Below are positions 1 to 10,398 of a DNA stretch of 64,000 bases, in pieces. A model generated the notes under the pieces. The model was not told the DNA's origin, did not search any database, and saw only the letters and a program-made list of their open reading frames with translations. The position numbers were made by a program, and so were the translations under genes. Every line of letters begins with the position of its first letter. Within the stretch, counting starts at the first letter, position 1. Origin of the DNA: an uncultured Candidatus Rokubacteria bacterium (GTDB taxonomy: Bacteria; Methylomirabilota; Methylomirabilia; Rokubacteriales; CSP1-6); NCBI GenBank assembly GCA_963771355.1, contig CAVYTA010000006.1:480001-544000 (forward strand). The letters are read 5' to 3'.

Positions 1-221
1 ACCAGCCCCGCCACCGCGGCTTCGTCACCGGCGTCGGCGGCCTGGGCCAGGGCGGTGCCGCCGGCGGCGGCCGCCTCGGTGACGGCAGCATCCAGCGCGG
101 CCGCCTCGCGGTCCACCGCGAGCACGCGCGCGCCCTCACGCGCGAAGAGGAGGAGGCTGGCCCGGCCGATGCCGCTCGCCGCGCCGGTGATGATCGCGCA
201 TTTGCCGCTCAGCCGGCCCAT
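1..221 (-). CDS. SDR-family oxidoreductase, N-terminal part (runs off window start)
   Basis: Manual translation from ATG at 221: [38 protein letters not shown]..., TGxxxGIG Rossmann motif. Confidence 0.9.
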   Translation of the reverse strand, partial: MGRLSGKCAIITGAASGIGRASLLLFAREGARVLAVDREAAALDAAVTEAAAAGGTALAQAADAGDEAAVAGL

Positions 222-229
222 GGAGGGAG

Positions 230-1441
230 CTAGACGCGCGCGTCGAGAACGGCCTTGGCCATGAGCCGCGCGCCGTCGTAGCACTTCTCCGGGGTCTCGA
301 AGCTGAAGGCGAGGCGGATGAACTCCTCGCCGCCCCCGTTGGCGAAGAAGGCGGACCCGCTGGTGTACTGCACGCGCGCGGCCGTGGCCAGGTCGGACAG
401 CTTCCGCAGGTCGGTGCGCTCGGGCAGGCGTATCCAGAGGAAGAAGCCACCCTCCGGCTTGCTGATCTCCGCGCCGCTGCCGTCCAGCACCTCGTGCAGC
501 CCGCGCAACATGGCGTCGCGCTTCTTCCGGTACACGTCGATGAGCTGCGACACGTGCGGCTGGAGGTGATCGCGCAGGAAGTAGGTGGCCACCCGCGAGG
601 CGAAGGGATTGACGCCGCCCCCGAAGAGGAAGCCCTGGAAGGTCGGGATCATCTCCTTGGGGGCACAGAGCCAGCCGAGACGGAAGCCGGCGCCGAGGAT
701 CTTGGACACGGTGCCGGCCCGGATCACGCGGCCGCCGGTGTCGAGCGCGTAGAGCGAGGGCAGGTGATCACCCTCGAAGCGCAGCTCGCCATAGGCGTCG
801 TCCTCGAGGATGAACGTATCGAATTCGTGGGCCAGCTCGACCAGCTCCTGGCGTCGGCGCACGGACATGGTGGGGCCGGAGGGGTTCTGGAAGTTGTCGA
901 TGGTGTAGATGAGCTTGCACCGCGTTCCTTCGCGGCGCAGCGCCTCCAGCTGCTGCCGGGCCACGCGGGTCACCAGCCCCTCTGCGTCCACCGGCACGTC
1001 GAGCACGCGGGCCCCGTGCCGCCGGATGGTGTTCAGCGTGCCGGAGAAGGTGGGGGCCTCGCTGAGGATGGCGTCGCCCACATCCACGAAGGCCGAGAAG
1101 GCCAGCGACAGCGCATGCCCCGAGCCGTTCGAGATGATGAGGTTCTCGGGCGCGATCTTGAGCCCCTCGAAGAGCCCGTACTTGTGGCACACCAGCTCCC
1201 GCAGCCCCTTGTATCCCTGCGGGTCGCCGTAGGTGAGAGCCTGGGCGCCCTCGGCCTTCATCATCCTGGCCGTCGCTTCGACGAGGCCGTCGTAGGGGAA
1301 GGACACGGGATCGGGAAAGCCGCCGCCAAACTCGTAGAGGGCGTTGGTGACGGGGCGCGCGGGCTGGACGGAGGTGCCGGTGCCGATGCGGGCACGGGTG
1401 GACAGGAACTCCTCGAACCGGGGCGTAGTCGTTGGGGTCAT
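230..1441 (-). CDS. PLP-dependent aminotransferase class I/II (LysN/MocR-like)
   Basis: [22 protein letters not shown] and [15 protein letters not shown] (PLP lysine) motifs. Confidence 0.92.
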   Translation of the reverse strand: MTPTTTPRFEEFLSTRARIGTGTSVQPARPVTNALYEFGGGFPDPVSFPYDGLVEATARMMKAEGAQALTYGDPQGYKGLRELVCHKYGLFEGLKIAPENLIISNGSGHALSLAFSAFVDVGDAILSEAPTFSGTLNTIRRHGARVLDVPVDAEGLVTRVARQQLEALRREGTRCKLIYTIDNFQNPSGPTMSVRRRQELVELAHEFDTFILEDDAYGELRFEGDHLPSLYALDTGGRVIRAGTVSKILGAGFRLGWLCAPKEMIPTFQGFLFGGGVNPFASRVATYFLRDHLQPHVSQLIDVYRKKRDAMLRGLHEVLDGSGAEISKPEGGFFLWIRLPERTDLRKLSDLATAARVQYTSGSAFFANGGGEEFIRLAFSFETPEKCYDGARLMAKAVLDARV

Positions 1442-1446
1442 GCCTT

Positions 1447-2823
1447 CTAAGATAAGAGGGCGCGGGTCTCGGCGTCAACGTTGAGGGCCCCCGCCGGCTC
1501 GGCGGGGGCGAGCTTGTCCTTGGCCGCCAGGACCTTGGCGCGGACCATGTCGATGTGCAGGCGGAGGTGGTAGTGGACGTCGGAGTACCCCAGCGGAATC
1601 TCCATTCGTCTCGCCTCGTGCTCGGCCGCGTCGAGCTGGGCCAGGATGCGGTCGAGGGCCTCCGCCGACTGGGGCTCGGCGAGAGCCAGGTCCGCCGCCT
1701 GCACCTCGCGATACCAGCGGAAGATCTTGCGGCGGATCCGCCAGCGGTACGCCGGGGGGGCGATCCTGAAGAGAGGAAAGAGCAGCGCCAGCAGTGGAAG
1801 CAGCATGATCTTCATCCGGTCGACCAGGCTCGCCGCCCAGAACGGGAGATAGCGCACGAGGAAGGGGGGGCCGTTCCGGTAGAAGCGCTGCGCCTCGTCG
1901 CTCACGGGGAAGTCGGTGAAGTCCGGGGAAGGGAATTGGCGCGGACGCTCGAACACGCCCGCCCGCGAGTGCAGCCGCGTGGCGGTGACGAGGAGCAGGT
2001 CGCTCAGGGCGGGGTGGAAATCCGAACGGACCACCAGGCTGGCGGCGGCGCCGAGAAGGACGACGTCTCGCGGGGGGACATCTCGCTCGAGGCTCAGCGC
2101 GCCTTCGGGAAGGACGAGCCGGGAGAGGAAGGGGTAGAGCCGCGAGTAGGCCTCCGCGCGCGGGAAGCTCATGAGGCTGACCTCGGGGGCGCTCGCCGCT
2201 TCGCGGAGGGCCGGCGACTCGGGCGAGGCTACCAGCACCGCCGCGTCCACCTCACCCCTCCGGAGGGCGCGCACGGCGTCGAGCCCGGTGAGCGGCAGCA
2301 GGGTCAGGGACTCGGGCCGGATTCCATTCGCCGTCAACAGCAGATCGACGAGGGCGCGGGTGCCGCTCCCCTCGGGTCCGACCGCCAGCCGCTTGCCCCG
2401 GAGGCCGAGCATGTCGTCGGTCCGTGCGCTGGTCCGCGAGAAGATCCAGAGGGGCTCGAAGTACAGGCTTCCCAGGGCAAGGAGGTCGGCGGCGGGCACC
2501 GCGCCGCGCACCCCACCCTGCACGAAGGCCACGTCGATTCCGCTGGCGGGATCGGCGAGGAGGCGTACGTTCTCCACCGACCCCGACGTGGCCCGCAGCT
2601 CGACCTTGATTCCCTCGTGCGCCAGCTCGGCCTGATAGTGGAGGCCATACTGGTGATAGGCGCCGTCCGGCCGGCCGGTCGCCATCACGAGCTGCCGCGG
2701 CGGCGCCGGCTTGACGAAGCTCACCGCCACCACGAAGGCGGCGCCGGCGACGAGGAGGGCGGGCCCGATCACGAGTACGTGGTCTCGGACTCGCCACTGA
2801 CGCCAGTCGCGCGCCTTCAGCAT
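1447..2823 (-). CDS. TAXI-family TRAP solute-binding protein with N- and C-terminal membrane segments
   Basis: MATGRPDGAY, TSGSVENV, VAFVQGG, LYFEPLW, GPEGSGT motifs. Confidence 0.85.
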   Translation of the reverse strand: MLKARDWRQWRVRDHVLVIGPALLVAGAAFVVAVSFVKPAPPRQLVMATGRPDGAYHQYGLHYQAELAHEGIKVELRATSGSVENVRLLADPASGIDVAFVQGGVRGAVPAADLLALGSLYFEPLWIFSRTSARTDDMLGLRGKRLAVGPEGSGTRALVDLLLTANGIRPESLTLLPLTGLDAVRALRRGEVDAAVLVASPESPALREAASAPEVSLMSFPRAEAYSRLYPFLSRLVLPEGALSLERDVPPRDVVLLGAAASLVVRSDFHPALSDLLLVTATRLHSRAGVFERPRQFPSPDFTDFPVSDEAQRFYRNGPPFLVRYLPFWAASLVDRMKIMLLPLLALLFPLFRIAPPAYRWRIRRKIFRWYREVQAADLALAEPQSAEALDRILAQLDAAEHEARRMEIPLGYSDVHYHLRLHIDMVRAKVLAAKDKLAPAEPAGALNVDAETRALLS

Positions 2824-2836
2824 GGAGGATCCGCGC

Positions 2837-3271
2837 TCAGCGCGGAGCGGTTCGCTTCAGGAGGTCGCGGATCTCCATGAGGAGCTTTTCTTCGGCTGAC
2901 GGCGGGGGCGGGACGGCGGGGGCGGGGGGTGCCTGGCGGCGGAGCCGGTTGATCGCCTTCACGAGGAAGAACGTGGCCACCGCCACCCCGAGGAAGGTGA
3001 TGACGCTGTTGATGAAGAGCCCGATGGCAAAGACCACCGCGCCGGCCTCACGCGCGGCCTTGACGGAGGTGTAGACTTCGCCCTTGGGATTTCGGAGCAC
3101 CCAGAAGATGCTGCTGAAGTCCGGGGCGCCCAGGAGGGCCGAGACCAGGGGCATGAAGATGTTCTCGACCAGGGACTGCACCACCCCGCCGAACGCGGCG
3201 CCGATGATGATCCCGACCGCCATGTCGACCATGTTGCCCTTCACGGCGAACTCGCGGAATTCCTTCAGCAT
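2837..3271 (-). CDS. mscL: Large-conductance mechanosensitive channel
   Basis: MLKEFREFAVKGNMVDMAVGIIIGAAFG ... LLMEIRDLL. Confidence 0.97.
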   Translation of the reverse strand: MLKEFREFAVKGNMVDMAVGIIIGAAFGGVVQSLVENIFMPLVSALLGAPDFSSIFWVLRNPKGEVYTSVKAAREAGAVVFAIGLFINSVITFLGVAVATFFLVKAINRLRRQAPPAPAVPPPPSAEEKLLMEIRDLLKRTAPR

Positions 3272-3317
3272 GCCTAGCCTCCAGGGGGCAGAGTGAGTCC
3301 CGCTACTCTACTCCGGG

Positions 3318-3346
3318 TTGACCCTCCCGGGCCACTCGGATAGGAT
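3318..3346 (+). promoter_or_regulatory. sigma70-type promoter for the cyclase gene
   Basis: TTGACC-17nt-TAGGAT. Confidence 0.6.
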
Positions 3347-3411
3347 TTCCGCGTGACTCGATCGCTCTGCTCGCCGCTCCGCCTCATCTCGTACGGGAAG
3401 GAGCGGCCGCT

Positions 3412-6400
3412 ATGCACGGAGACCATGGAGGCATGCCGGGCGACCAGCCGTCTCGCGGCATTCCTCGCCAGGGAGAAGTAGGCGCCGCGCTGGGCGCCGC
3501 CTGTCCGGCGTGCGGCTTCCCCGTCGAGCCGGGGAGCCGGTTCTGCGGCGGCTGCGGGCGCATGCGGGGGGACGCCGCGCCCGCGCCGCGCTTCACCGCG
3601 CCCGAGGCCTATACCCCGCGCCACATCGCCGAGCGCATCCTCACCGCGCGCGGCGCCATGGAGGGCGAGCGCAAGCAGGTCACCGTTCTCTTCGCCGACG
3701 TGAAGGGCTCGCTCGAGCTCCTCGCCGATCGCGATCCCGAGGAGGCGCGGGCACTCCTCGATCCCGTGCTCGAGCTGATGATGGAGGCGGTACACCGGTA
3801 CGAGGGGACGGTGAACCAGGTGCTCGGCGATGGGATCATGGCCATCTTCGGCGCGCCGCTGGCCCACGAGACCCATGCGGTGCGCGCGGCCTACGCGGCC
3901 CTTCGCATGCAGGAGAGCGTGGCGCGCGTGTCCGAGAGCCTCCGCCGGACGCACGGCGCCGAGGTGCAGATCCGTATCGGGCTCAACTCGGGCGAAGTCG
4001 TCGTGCGTTCCATCGGCAACGACCTCCACATGGACTACACCGCCGTGGGCCAGACCACCCATCTCGCCGCGCGCATGGAGAAGCTGGCGCGGCCGGGCAG
4101 CATCCTGCTGAGCGAGGAGACGCACCGCCTCACCGAGGGGTATCTCACGGTCACGCCGCGGGGGCCCATCCCCGTGCGCGGGATGGCCGAGGCGGTGCAG
4201 GTGTACGAGGCGGTGGGGGCGGGCCCCGCGCGCTCGCGCCTGCAGGCGGCCGCCGCGCGCGGCCTCACGCCCTTCGTGGGCCGCGACGCGGAGCTGGGCC
4301 TCCTGCGCCAGGCGCTCGAGCGCGCGGGATCGGGGCGGGGCCAGATGGTGGCGCTGGTGGGGGAGGCGGGGGTCGGCAAGTCCCGCCTCGTGCGGGAGCT
4401 GGTGCAGGCACCGTGGACGCGCGGCTTCACCGTCCTCGAAGGCCGGCCGGTGGTCTATCGCAAGTCCACCGCCTGGGCGCCGGTGCTGGGGTGGCTGCGC
4501 GCGTATCTGGACCTCGAGCGGGATGCCGACGCGGAGACGGTGCACGCCAAGGTCGCCGCGCGGCTCGCCGGTCTCGAGCGCGGCCAGGAGGCGGCGCGGC
4601 CCGCGGTGCTCTCGCTCTTCGAGGTGCCGGTGACGGATCCGGCGTGGACGGCGCTGGAGCCGCCGCAGCGCCGGCGCCGGACGCTCGATGCCCTCACGCA
4701 CCTGCTGCTCCTCGAGGCCCGGCGCGCGCCGTTGCTCCTCGTCCTCGAGGACCTCCACCGCATCGACGAGGAGACCCAGGCCCTGCTGGACGGGCTCGTG
4801 GAACGGTTGCCCCACGCCCGCCTGCTCGTGGTGGTGACGTATCGTCCCGAGTACCAGCACCGCTGGGGCAACCAGGCGGGCTATACGCAGCTCCGGGTCG
4901 AGCCGCTCGGGAGCGAGACGGCGGGGCGGCTCCTCGACGCGCTGCTGGGCGCGGATCCCGCGCTGCGGCCGCTCCACGGCCTCCTGGTGCGGCGCACCGA
5001 CGGCAACCCGCTGTTCCTCGAGGAGAGCGTGCGGGCCCTCGCCGAGACCGAGGTGCTGACGGGCGCGCGCGGCGCCTACGGTCTCGGTCGACCGCTCGCC
5101 GCCATCCAGGTGCCGCGCACGGTGCAGGCGGTGCTGGCCGCCCGCATCGACCGCCTGTCGCGCGAGGGCAAGCGCCTCCTGCAGTGCGCCGCGGTGGTGG
5201 GCCGCGACGTGCCCTTTCCCGTGCTCGAGGCCATCGCCGATCTCGATCCCGACGCGCTGCGCGCGGGACTGGCTCAGCTCCAGAGCGCCGAGTTCCTCCA
5301 CGAGACGCATCTCTTTCCCGAGCTGGAGCACGCGTTCAAGCATACCCTCACCCAGGACGTGGCCTACGGGACCCTGCTCCAGGACACGCGGCGGGCGCTG
5401 CATGCGCGCATCGTGGACGCCATCGAGCGCCTCTATCCGGACCGGCTGGTGGAGCAGGTGGAGCGGCTCGCTCATCATGCGCTCCGCGGCGGGCTCGCCA
5501 CCCGTGCGGTGGCCTATCTCCGGCAGGCGGGGACCAAGGCGGCGGCACGCTCCGCGCATCGCGACGCCGTCGGCTTCTTCGAGCAGGCCATCGAGGCGCT
5601 GGACGCGCTGCCGCGCACGCGGGAGCACCTCGAGCTGGGCGTGGACCTCCGGTTCGACGCGCGCGCCTCGCTGGCTCCGCTGGGTCTCTTCGCGCGGAAT
5701 CTCGAGCACCTGCGGCGGGCGGAGACGCTCGCGGAGGCCCTCGCCGACCGGCGGCGGCTCGGCTGGGTGGGCGCCTATCTCGCCCAGTCCTACTACACGC
5801 TCGGCGACCAGGACGCGGCGCTGGCGTCCGCGCGGCGCTCGCTCGAGATCGCGGAGGAGCTGGGCGATCTGCCCCTGAAGGTGGCCGCGACCACCGGGGT
5901 CGGGCAGGCTTACCACGCGCTCGGCGACTACGCGCAGGCCCAGGTCCATCTCGGGCGCGCGGTGGACGCGCTGGAGGGCGATCTCGCGAGCGAGCGCTTC
6001 GGCATGGCCGGGCTGCTCTCGGTGGCGGCGCGGGTCTGGCTGGTCAACTCCCTGGTGGCGGTGGGGGACTTCGACGGCGCGGAGGCGCGCGCGCTGGAGG
6101 CGATGCAGCGGGCGGAGGCGGTCGATCATCCCTGGAGCGTGGCGGCCGCCCACGTGGCGCTGGGCTTCGCCCAGCTCGCGCGGGGCACGCTCGCCGCCGC
6201 CGCGCCGGTGCTGGAGCGAGGCCTGGCCCGCGCGCGCGAGCTCGATCTCACCGCATGGCTGCCCATGCTCTCCTGCCAGCTCGGCATCGTCTACGTCCGT
6301 CAGGGCCGCGTGGACGAGGGCGCCGCGCTGCTCGAGGACGGGATCCAGCGCGCGGCCGCGCTCTCGATCCTGAGCCGCCACTCCCTGCGCCATGCCTGGC

Positions 6401-6744
6401 TGGCGGAGGCCCACCTGCGCGCGGGGAGGATCACGGAGGCGCGCGCCACCGCCGAGCGGGCCCTGGCGCTGGCGCGCGCGCACCAGGAGCACGGGTACGA
6501 GGGCTGGGTGCTACGCATGCTCGGCGAGGTCGCCGCGCGCTCCGGCGAGACGGAGCGTGCCGCTGCGCACTTCCGCGCCGTGCTCGCGGTGGCGGAGCCG
6601 CGCGGCATGCGGGCGCTGGAGGCGCATGCCTGGGCCGCGCTGGGCCGGCTGGCTCGCGCGGCGGGAGACCACGCGGAGGCGGAGCGGCTCGACGCCGCCG
6701 CGGCCACCCGCGCCGCCCGGCTGGGGATGGTGGTCGCCCGCTAG
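3412..6744 (+). CDS. Zinc-ribbon + class III nucleotide cyclase + STAND/AAA ATPase + TPR protein
   Basis: CPACG..FCGGCG; VTVLFADVKGS and GDGIMAIFGAP; GEAGVGKS Walker A; LEDLH Walker B; GNPLFLEE; helical repeat C-terminus; RBS AAGGAG. Confidence 0.92.
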   Translation: MHGDHGGMPGDQPSRGIPRQGEVGAALGAACPACGFPVEPGSRFCGGCGRMRGDAAPAPRFTAPEAYTPRHIAERILTARGAMEGERKQVTVLFADVKGSLELLADRDPEEARALLDPVLELMMEAVHRYEGTVNQVLGDGIMAIFGAPLAHETHAVRAAYAALRMQESVARVSESLRRTHGAEVQIRIGLNSGEVVVRSIGNDLHMDYTAVGQTTHLAARMEKLARPGSILLSEETHRLTEGYLTVTPRGPIPVRGMAEAVQVYEAVGAGPARSRLQAAAARGLTPFVGRDAELGLLRQALERAGSGRGQMVALVGEAGVGKSRLVRELVQAPWTRGFTVLEGRPVVYRKSTAWAPVLGWLRAYLDLERDADAETVHAKVAARLAGLERGQEAARPAVLSLFEVPVTDPAWTALEPPQRRRRTLDALTHLLLLEARRAPLLLVLEDLHRIDEETQALLDGLVERLPHARLLVVVTYRPEYQHRWGNQAGYTQLRVEPLGSETAGRLLDALLGADPALRPLHGLLVRRTDGNPLFLEESVRALAETEVLTGARGAYGLGRPLAAIQVPRTVQAVLAARIDRLSREGKRLLQCAAVVGRDVPFPVLEAIADLDPDALRAGLAQLQSAEFLHETHLFPELEHAFKHTLTQDVAYGTLLQDTRRALHARIVDAIERLYPDRLVEQVERLAHHALRGGLATRAVAYLRQAGTKAAARSAHRDAVGFFEQAIEALDALPRTREHLELGVDLRFDARASLAPLGLFARNLEHLRRAETLAEALADRRRLGWVGAYLAQSYYTLGDQDAALASARRSLEIAEELGDLPLKVAATTGVGQAYHALGDYAQAQVHLGRAVDALEGDLASERFGMAGLLSVAARVWLVNSLVAVGDFDGAEARALEAMQRAEAVDHPWSVAAAHVALGFAQLARGTLAAAAPVLERGLARARELDLTAWLPMLSCQLGIVYVRQGRVDEGAALLEDGIQRAAALSILSRHSLRHAWLAEAHLRAGRITEARATAERALALARAHQEHGYEGWVLRMLGEVAARSGETERAAAHFRAVLAVAEPRGMRALEAHAWAALGRLARAAGDHAEAERLDAAAATRAARLGMVVAR

Positions 6745-8321
6745 AGGTCGTGGCCCGAGTAGGACAGGTTGAACGACTTGTTGCAGAGCGGAAAGTCCGG
6801 GACGATGTTGTCGAGCACGGCGAGCTCGAGCGCGGGCCAGTTGCGGAACGACGGGTCGACGATCTTGACTCGGCGCAGTGCCTGCGGGCCCGCGGCCCAC
6901 ACCCAGTACCAGACGGGGCCGCGCCACGCTTCCACGCAGGAGACCGCGTCACCGCCCGGGGGCAGCGGCGGGAGCGCGGCCCGCGCGGGACCGTCGGGCA
7001 GGCGTCCGGCCACCATGCTGAAGAGACGCGCCGCCTCGCGTGCCTCGTCGAGACGTACCATGGTCCGTGCCCACACGTCGCCCTGGGCATACACCGCCGG
7101 GGTCACCGCGAGCTCACCGTACGCCGCGAAGGGGGCGTCGCGGCGAAGGTCGGCATCGACGCCGCTGGCGCGCGCCGCCAGCCCCACCACCCCCAGCTCC
7201 CGCGCGAGCTCATGGGAGAGGCGCCCCGTGCCCTGAAGGCGCTCGAGCACGAGGGTATTGCGCAGGCAGAGGCGCGCAATTTCGAGGAACTCCGCCGTGA
7301 TCCGCTCCACGGTGCCCGCCGCCTCCGCGAGCGTGGTCTCCGCCAGGGGGCCGGCGATGCCGCCCGGCACCACCGCCCCTCGCATGAGGCGGTGACCGGT
7401 GAGCCGCTCGTTGAGCCGCAAGAGCTCTTCCCGGAGGCGGAAGCAGTGGGCGTGTCCCCAGGAGAAGCCGGTGTCGTTGACGATCATCCCGACGTCGCCC
7501 ACGTGGTTGTACAGCCGCTCGAGCTCGAGCAGCGCCACCCGCAGCCAGGCCGCCCGCGGCGGCACGTCGCCGCCGGCCAGCCGCTCGAGCGTCTGGGCAT
7601 AGGCGAGCGCGTGCGCCACGCTCTCGTCGCCGGAGACACGCTCCGCCAGCTCCGGCGTGCGCGCGAAGGGGAGCTGCTCGAACAGCTTCTCCGTCCCCTT
7701 GTGGGTGAAGCCCAGGCGCGTCTCGAGGTTGACGATCTCTTCCCCTTCGACGCTGAAGCGGAAGTGGCCTGGCTCGATGATGCCGGCATGCACCGGCCCC
7801 ACCGTGATCTCGAAGATGCCGTCGCCCTCGACCCGCCGGAACGGAAACGGCTGGCCGGCATCCACGAAATCGCGCCGGGGTGCGGCGTCCCGGCGGAGCG
7901 GGTGGTAGCCCTCGGGCCAGAACTGGTGAAGGGTCAGGCGCCGCAGTTCCGGGTGGTCGGAGGGGACGAGACCGAGGAGATCATGGACCTCGCGCTCGAA
8001 CCGGCTCGCCGGGTATGAGCGCGTGGCGAGCGAGGGAAACTGCGGGGCATCGGCGGGCACGGAGACGAGGGCCACCACGAGGGCGCGCGGCGCCAGGGGG
8101 GCGAACACGTAGGTCAGGGTGAAGTCTCCCGTCTCCGGCCGGGTGTCGGTGCCGGCGAGCAGCTCGAGGTCGAGCCCGAGTCGCGCCAGGCGTTCCGCGC
8201 AGGCGGGAATCGCCCCGCGCGGCAGGCGGCAGTGGACGAGCCCGCCGGACCGGACCTCGGCGGCCTCCGCGCCGGCGGCGAGGACCGCCTCGCGCAGGAG
8301 CACGGGGCTGGGCACGCTCAT
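6741..8321 (-). CDS. Ehr large subunit (HyfG/HycE, NuoC/D-like) lacking the Ni-binding cysteine pairs
   Basis: Start MSVPSPVLL (ATG overlaps upstream stop); FEREVHDLLG, GPVHAGIIEPGHFRF, AERVSGD, DFPLCNKSFNLSYSGHDL. Confidence 0.9.
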   Translation of the reverse strand: MSVPSPVLLREAVLAAGAEAAEVRSGGLVHCRLPRGAIPACAERLARLGLDLELLAGTDTRPETGDFTLTYVFAPLAPRALVVALVSVPADAPQFPSLATRSYPASRFEREVHDLLGLVPSDHPELRRLTLHQFWPEGYHPLRRDAAPRRDFVDAGQPFPFRRVEGDGIFEITVGPVHAGIIEPGHFRFSVEGEEIVNLETRLGFTHKGTEKLFEQLPFARTPELAERVSGDESVAHALAYAQTLERLAGGDVPPRAAWLRVALLELERLYNHVGDVGMIVNDTGFSWGHAHCFRLREELLRLNERLTGHRLMRGAVVPGGIAGPLAETTLAEAAGTVERITAEFLEIARLCLRNTLVLERLQGTGRLSHELARELGVVGLAARASGVDADLRRDAPFAAYGELAVTPAVYAQGDVWARTMVRLDEAREAARLFSMVAGRLPDGPARAALPPLPPGGDAVSCVEAWRGPVWYWVWAAGPQALRRVKIVDPSFRNWPALELAVLDNIVPDFPLCNKSFNLSYSGHDL

Positions 8322-9760
8322 TCGCCCATCACCGCCGCCAGGCGCTCGAGCGCGGCGGTGAGGCCGGGCGGCCACGCGGTGCCGGTGAGGACGAGGAGCG
8401 ACAGCGCGACGGCCATGGGCGCGGCGCCCTTCCACGTGAGCGTCTCGCGCGCGGGCTCCCGCGCGGAGTCCCCGTAGGCCATGTGGTGCAGCGCGCGCAG
8501 CAGGCCGCCGAAGGCGATGAGCAGGAGGACGAGCCCCAGCGTGGCGGCGAGGCCCCACCCCTCCCGGAAGCCCGCCCCGAAGATCATGAGCTCGCTGATG
8601 AAGAGACCGAAGGGCGGCAGCCCGAGCAGGGCGAGCAGCGCGACCACGAAGCCGCGGCCGGTGACGGGCATGGTGACGAGCAGTCCGCGCACGGACGGGA
8701 TCTCGACGGTGCCGTAGGCGTCGCGAATGCGGCCGGAGAGGAGGAAGAGGACCGACTTGGCGAGCGCATGGTTGCCGAGGTGCAGGGCCGCGCCCGCCAC
8801 GCCCCAGATCCCGCCGAATCCCAGGCCCAGGCACACGAGCCCCAGGTGCTCGACGCTCGAGTACGCGAGCATCCGCTTGAAGTTGGTCGGTGACCAGAGA
8901 AACGCGGCGGCGACCGTCATCGAGGCCAGCCCGAACAGGACGAGCAGGCGCCGCGTGAAGCCGGGGCCGGCGGCCAGGTCCACCACCGTCTTGAAACGCA
9001 GGACCGCGTAGATGCCCACGCTCAGGAGCACTCCGGACATGAGGGCGCTGATGGGCGCGGGCGCCTCGCTGTGGGCGTCGGGGAGCCAGGTGTGCATCGG
9101 AGCGAGCCCCGCCTTCGTCCCGTAGCCGACGAGGAGGAACACGAAGGCCAGCTCGACCACCGGGGCCGGCAGCTGCGGCGCCCAGCGGAGCAGCGTGGTC
9201 CACCGTAGCGCGTGCGCGTCCGCGCCGAGCCGCTGGGCGTCGGCGAAGTAGACGAAGACGGTGCCCACGAACGCCAGCGCGATGCCCACCGAGCAGATCA
9301 GGAGGTACTTGTAGGCGGCCTCCAGGGACGCGCGAGTCCGGTGGAAGTTGACGAGGAACACGGACGCCAGCGTGGTGCCCTCGACCGCCACCCACATGAG
9401 GCCGAGGTCGTCGGTGGTCACCGCCAGCAGCATGGTGAACACGAAGAGGTGGAAGAGCGGGTAGAAGCGCCGCGCGTCCCCGGCCTCCCCGTCGGGCAAG
9501 CCGCCCAGGACCTCGGCCCCGGCCAGGGTGGCCACGATCCCGATGAGCCCCACCATCCAGGCCGAGAGCGCGTCGGCACGGAGGAGCCCGTCGAGCGCCG
9601 TCACCGCGCCGTCGCGAGCCACGCCGGCCACCACCGCGGCGGCGGCGCCGAGGGTGGCGGCCACCGTGGCGGCGTGCACGGCGCGGGCGGCCGGTCCCAC
9701 GGCCCGCCCGAGCAGCGCCGCGCCGGCGAGCGGAGCGAGGAGGAGAACGATCAGGCTCAT
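8318..9760 (-). CDS. hyfF: Hydrogenase-4 subunit F-like antiporter subunit
   Basis: Start MSLIVLLLAP; EAAYKYLLICSVG, GYGTKAGLAPMHTWLPDAHSEAP, KRMLAYSSVEH. Confidence 0.88.
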   Translation of the reverse strand: MSLIVLLLAPLAGAALLGRAVGPAARAVHAATVAATLGAAAAVVAGVARDGAVTALDGLLRADALSAWMVGLIGIVATLAGAEVLGGLPDGEAGDARRFYPLFHLFVFTMLLAVTTDDLGLMWVAVEGTTLASVFLVNFHRTRASLEAAYKYLLICSVGIALAFVGTVFVYFADAQRLGADAHALRWTTLLRWAPQLPAPVVELAFVFLLVGYGTKAGLAPMHTWLPDAHSEAPAPISALMSGVLLSVGIYAVLRFKTVVDLAAGPGFTRRLLVLFGLASMTVAAAFLWSPTNFKRMLAYSSVEHLGLVCLGLGFGGIWGVAGAALHLGNHALAKSVLFLLSGRIRDAYGTVEIPSVRGLLVTMPVTGRGFVVALLALLGLPPFGLFISELMIFGAGFREGWGLAATLGLVLLLIAFGGLLRALHHMAYGDSAREPARETLTWKGAAPMAVALSLLVLTGTAWPPGLTAALERLAAVMGE

Positions 9761-10398
9761 CCGCGCAGCTCCCGCAGCCGATCCACGTCGATCGAATCGT
9801 GCTCCCGCCGGATCTGCATCACCATGCCCTCCATGAGGAGGACGATCACGAGCACGTCGAGAAAGACGCCGGCCTCCACCAGGCTGGGCAGGCCGTAGGT
9901 GGCCAGCAGCGCGAGGCCGAAGATTCCGTTCTCGAAGACGAGAAAGCCGAGGACCTGACTCAGCACGTCTCGGCCGGTCACGCAGACGAAGAGGCCGATC
10001 AAGGCCATGGCGAACGCGAGCGGAATGGCGCCCGCCGTGGGCAGGGTGGCGGCGGCGGTGACGGGCAGGATGATCGTGTAGGCGGCCACCACCAGTGCGC
10101 CCGCCACCAGCAGCGCGACGCCGCTCGAGTGGCCGGGTCCGAGCGGGCGCACCGGAGTGCCCGTGGCCATGCGCCACAGGATTCGCGGAATGATCCACGC
10201 CTTGAGCCCGAGCAAGACGATCGCCACGACAAGGAGGGCGGGCTTGCCCGCGAACCAGCCGATGGCGGCGGCGAGGAGCGCGAGCAGCACCGACTGCGCG
10301 ACGAAGAGGCGGAGCCGTCCCGGCCAGCTCTGCCGCCAGACGAGCAGCAGGGTCACCACGAGCGCGAAGAACGTCAGCAGGTTGGTGGTCGCCGTCAC
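9757..10398 (-). CDS. hyfE: Hydrogenase-4 subunit E-like membrane protein
   Basis: GTG start (VTATTNLL) overlapping hyfC stop; QVLGFLVFENG, EAGVFLDV, LRELRG end. Confidence 0.85.
   Translation of the reverse strand: MTATTNLLTFFALVVTLLLVWRQSWPGRLRLFVAQSVLLALLAAAIGWFAGKPALLVVAIVLLGLKAWIIPRILWRMATGTPVRPLGPGHSSGVALLVAGALVVAAYTIILPVTAAATLPTAGAIPLAFAMALIGLFVCVTGRDVLSQVLGFLVFENGIFGLALLATYGLPSLVEAGVFLDVLVIVLLMEGMVMQIRREHDSIDVDRLRELRG

Noticed and set aside
3274..8018. Very long alternative-frame and antisense ORFs (for example 3274..6492, 3510..8018; likewise 34805..38281, 50010..52343)
   Set aside because: Arg/Ala/Gly/Pro-rich shadows of real genes in high-GC DNA, with no recognisable motifs.
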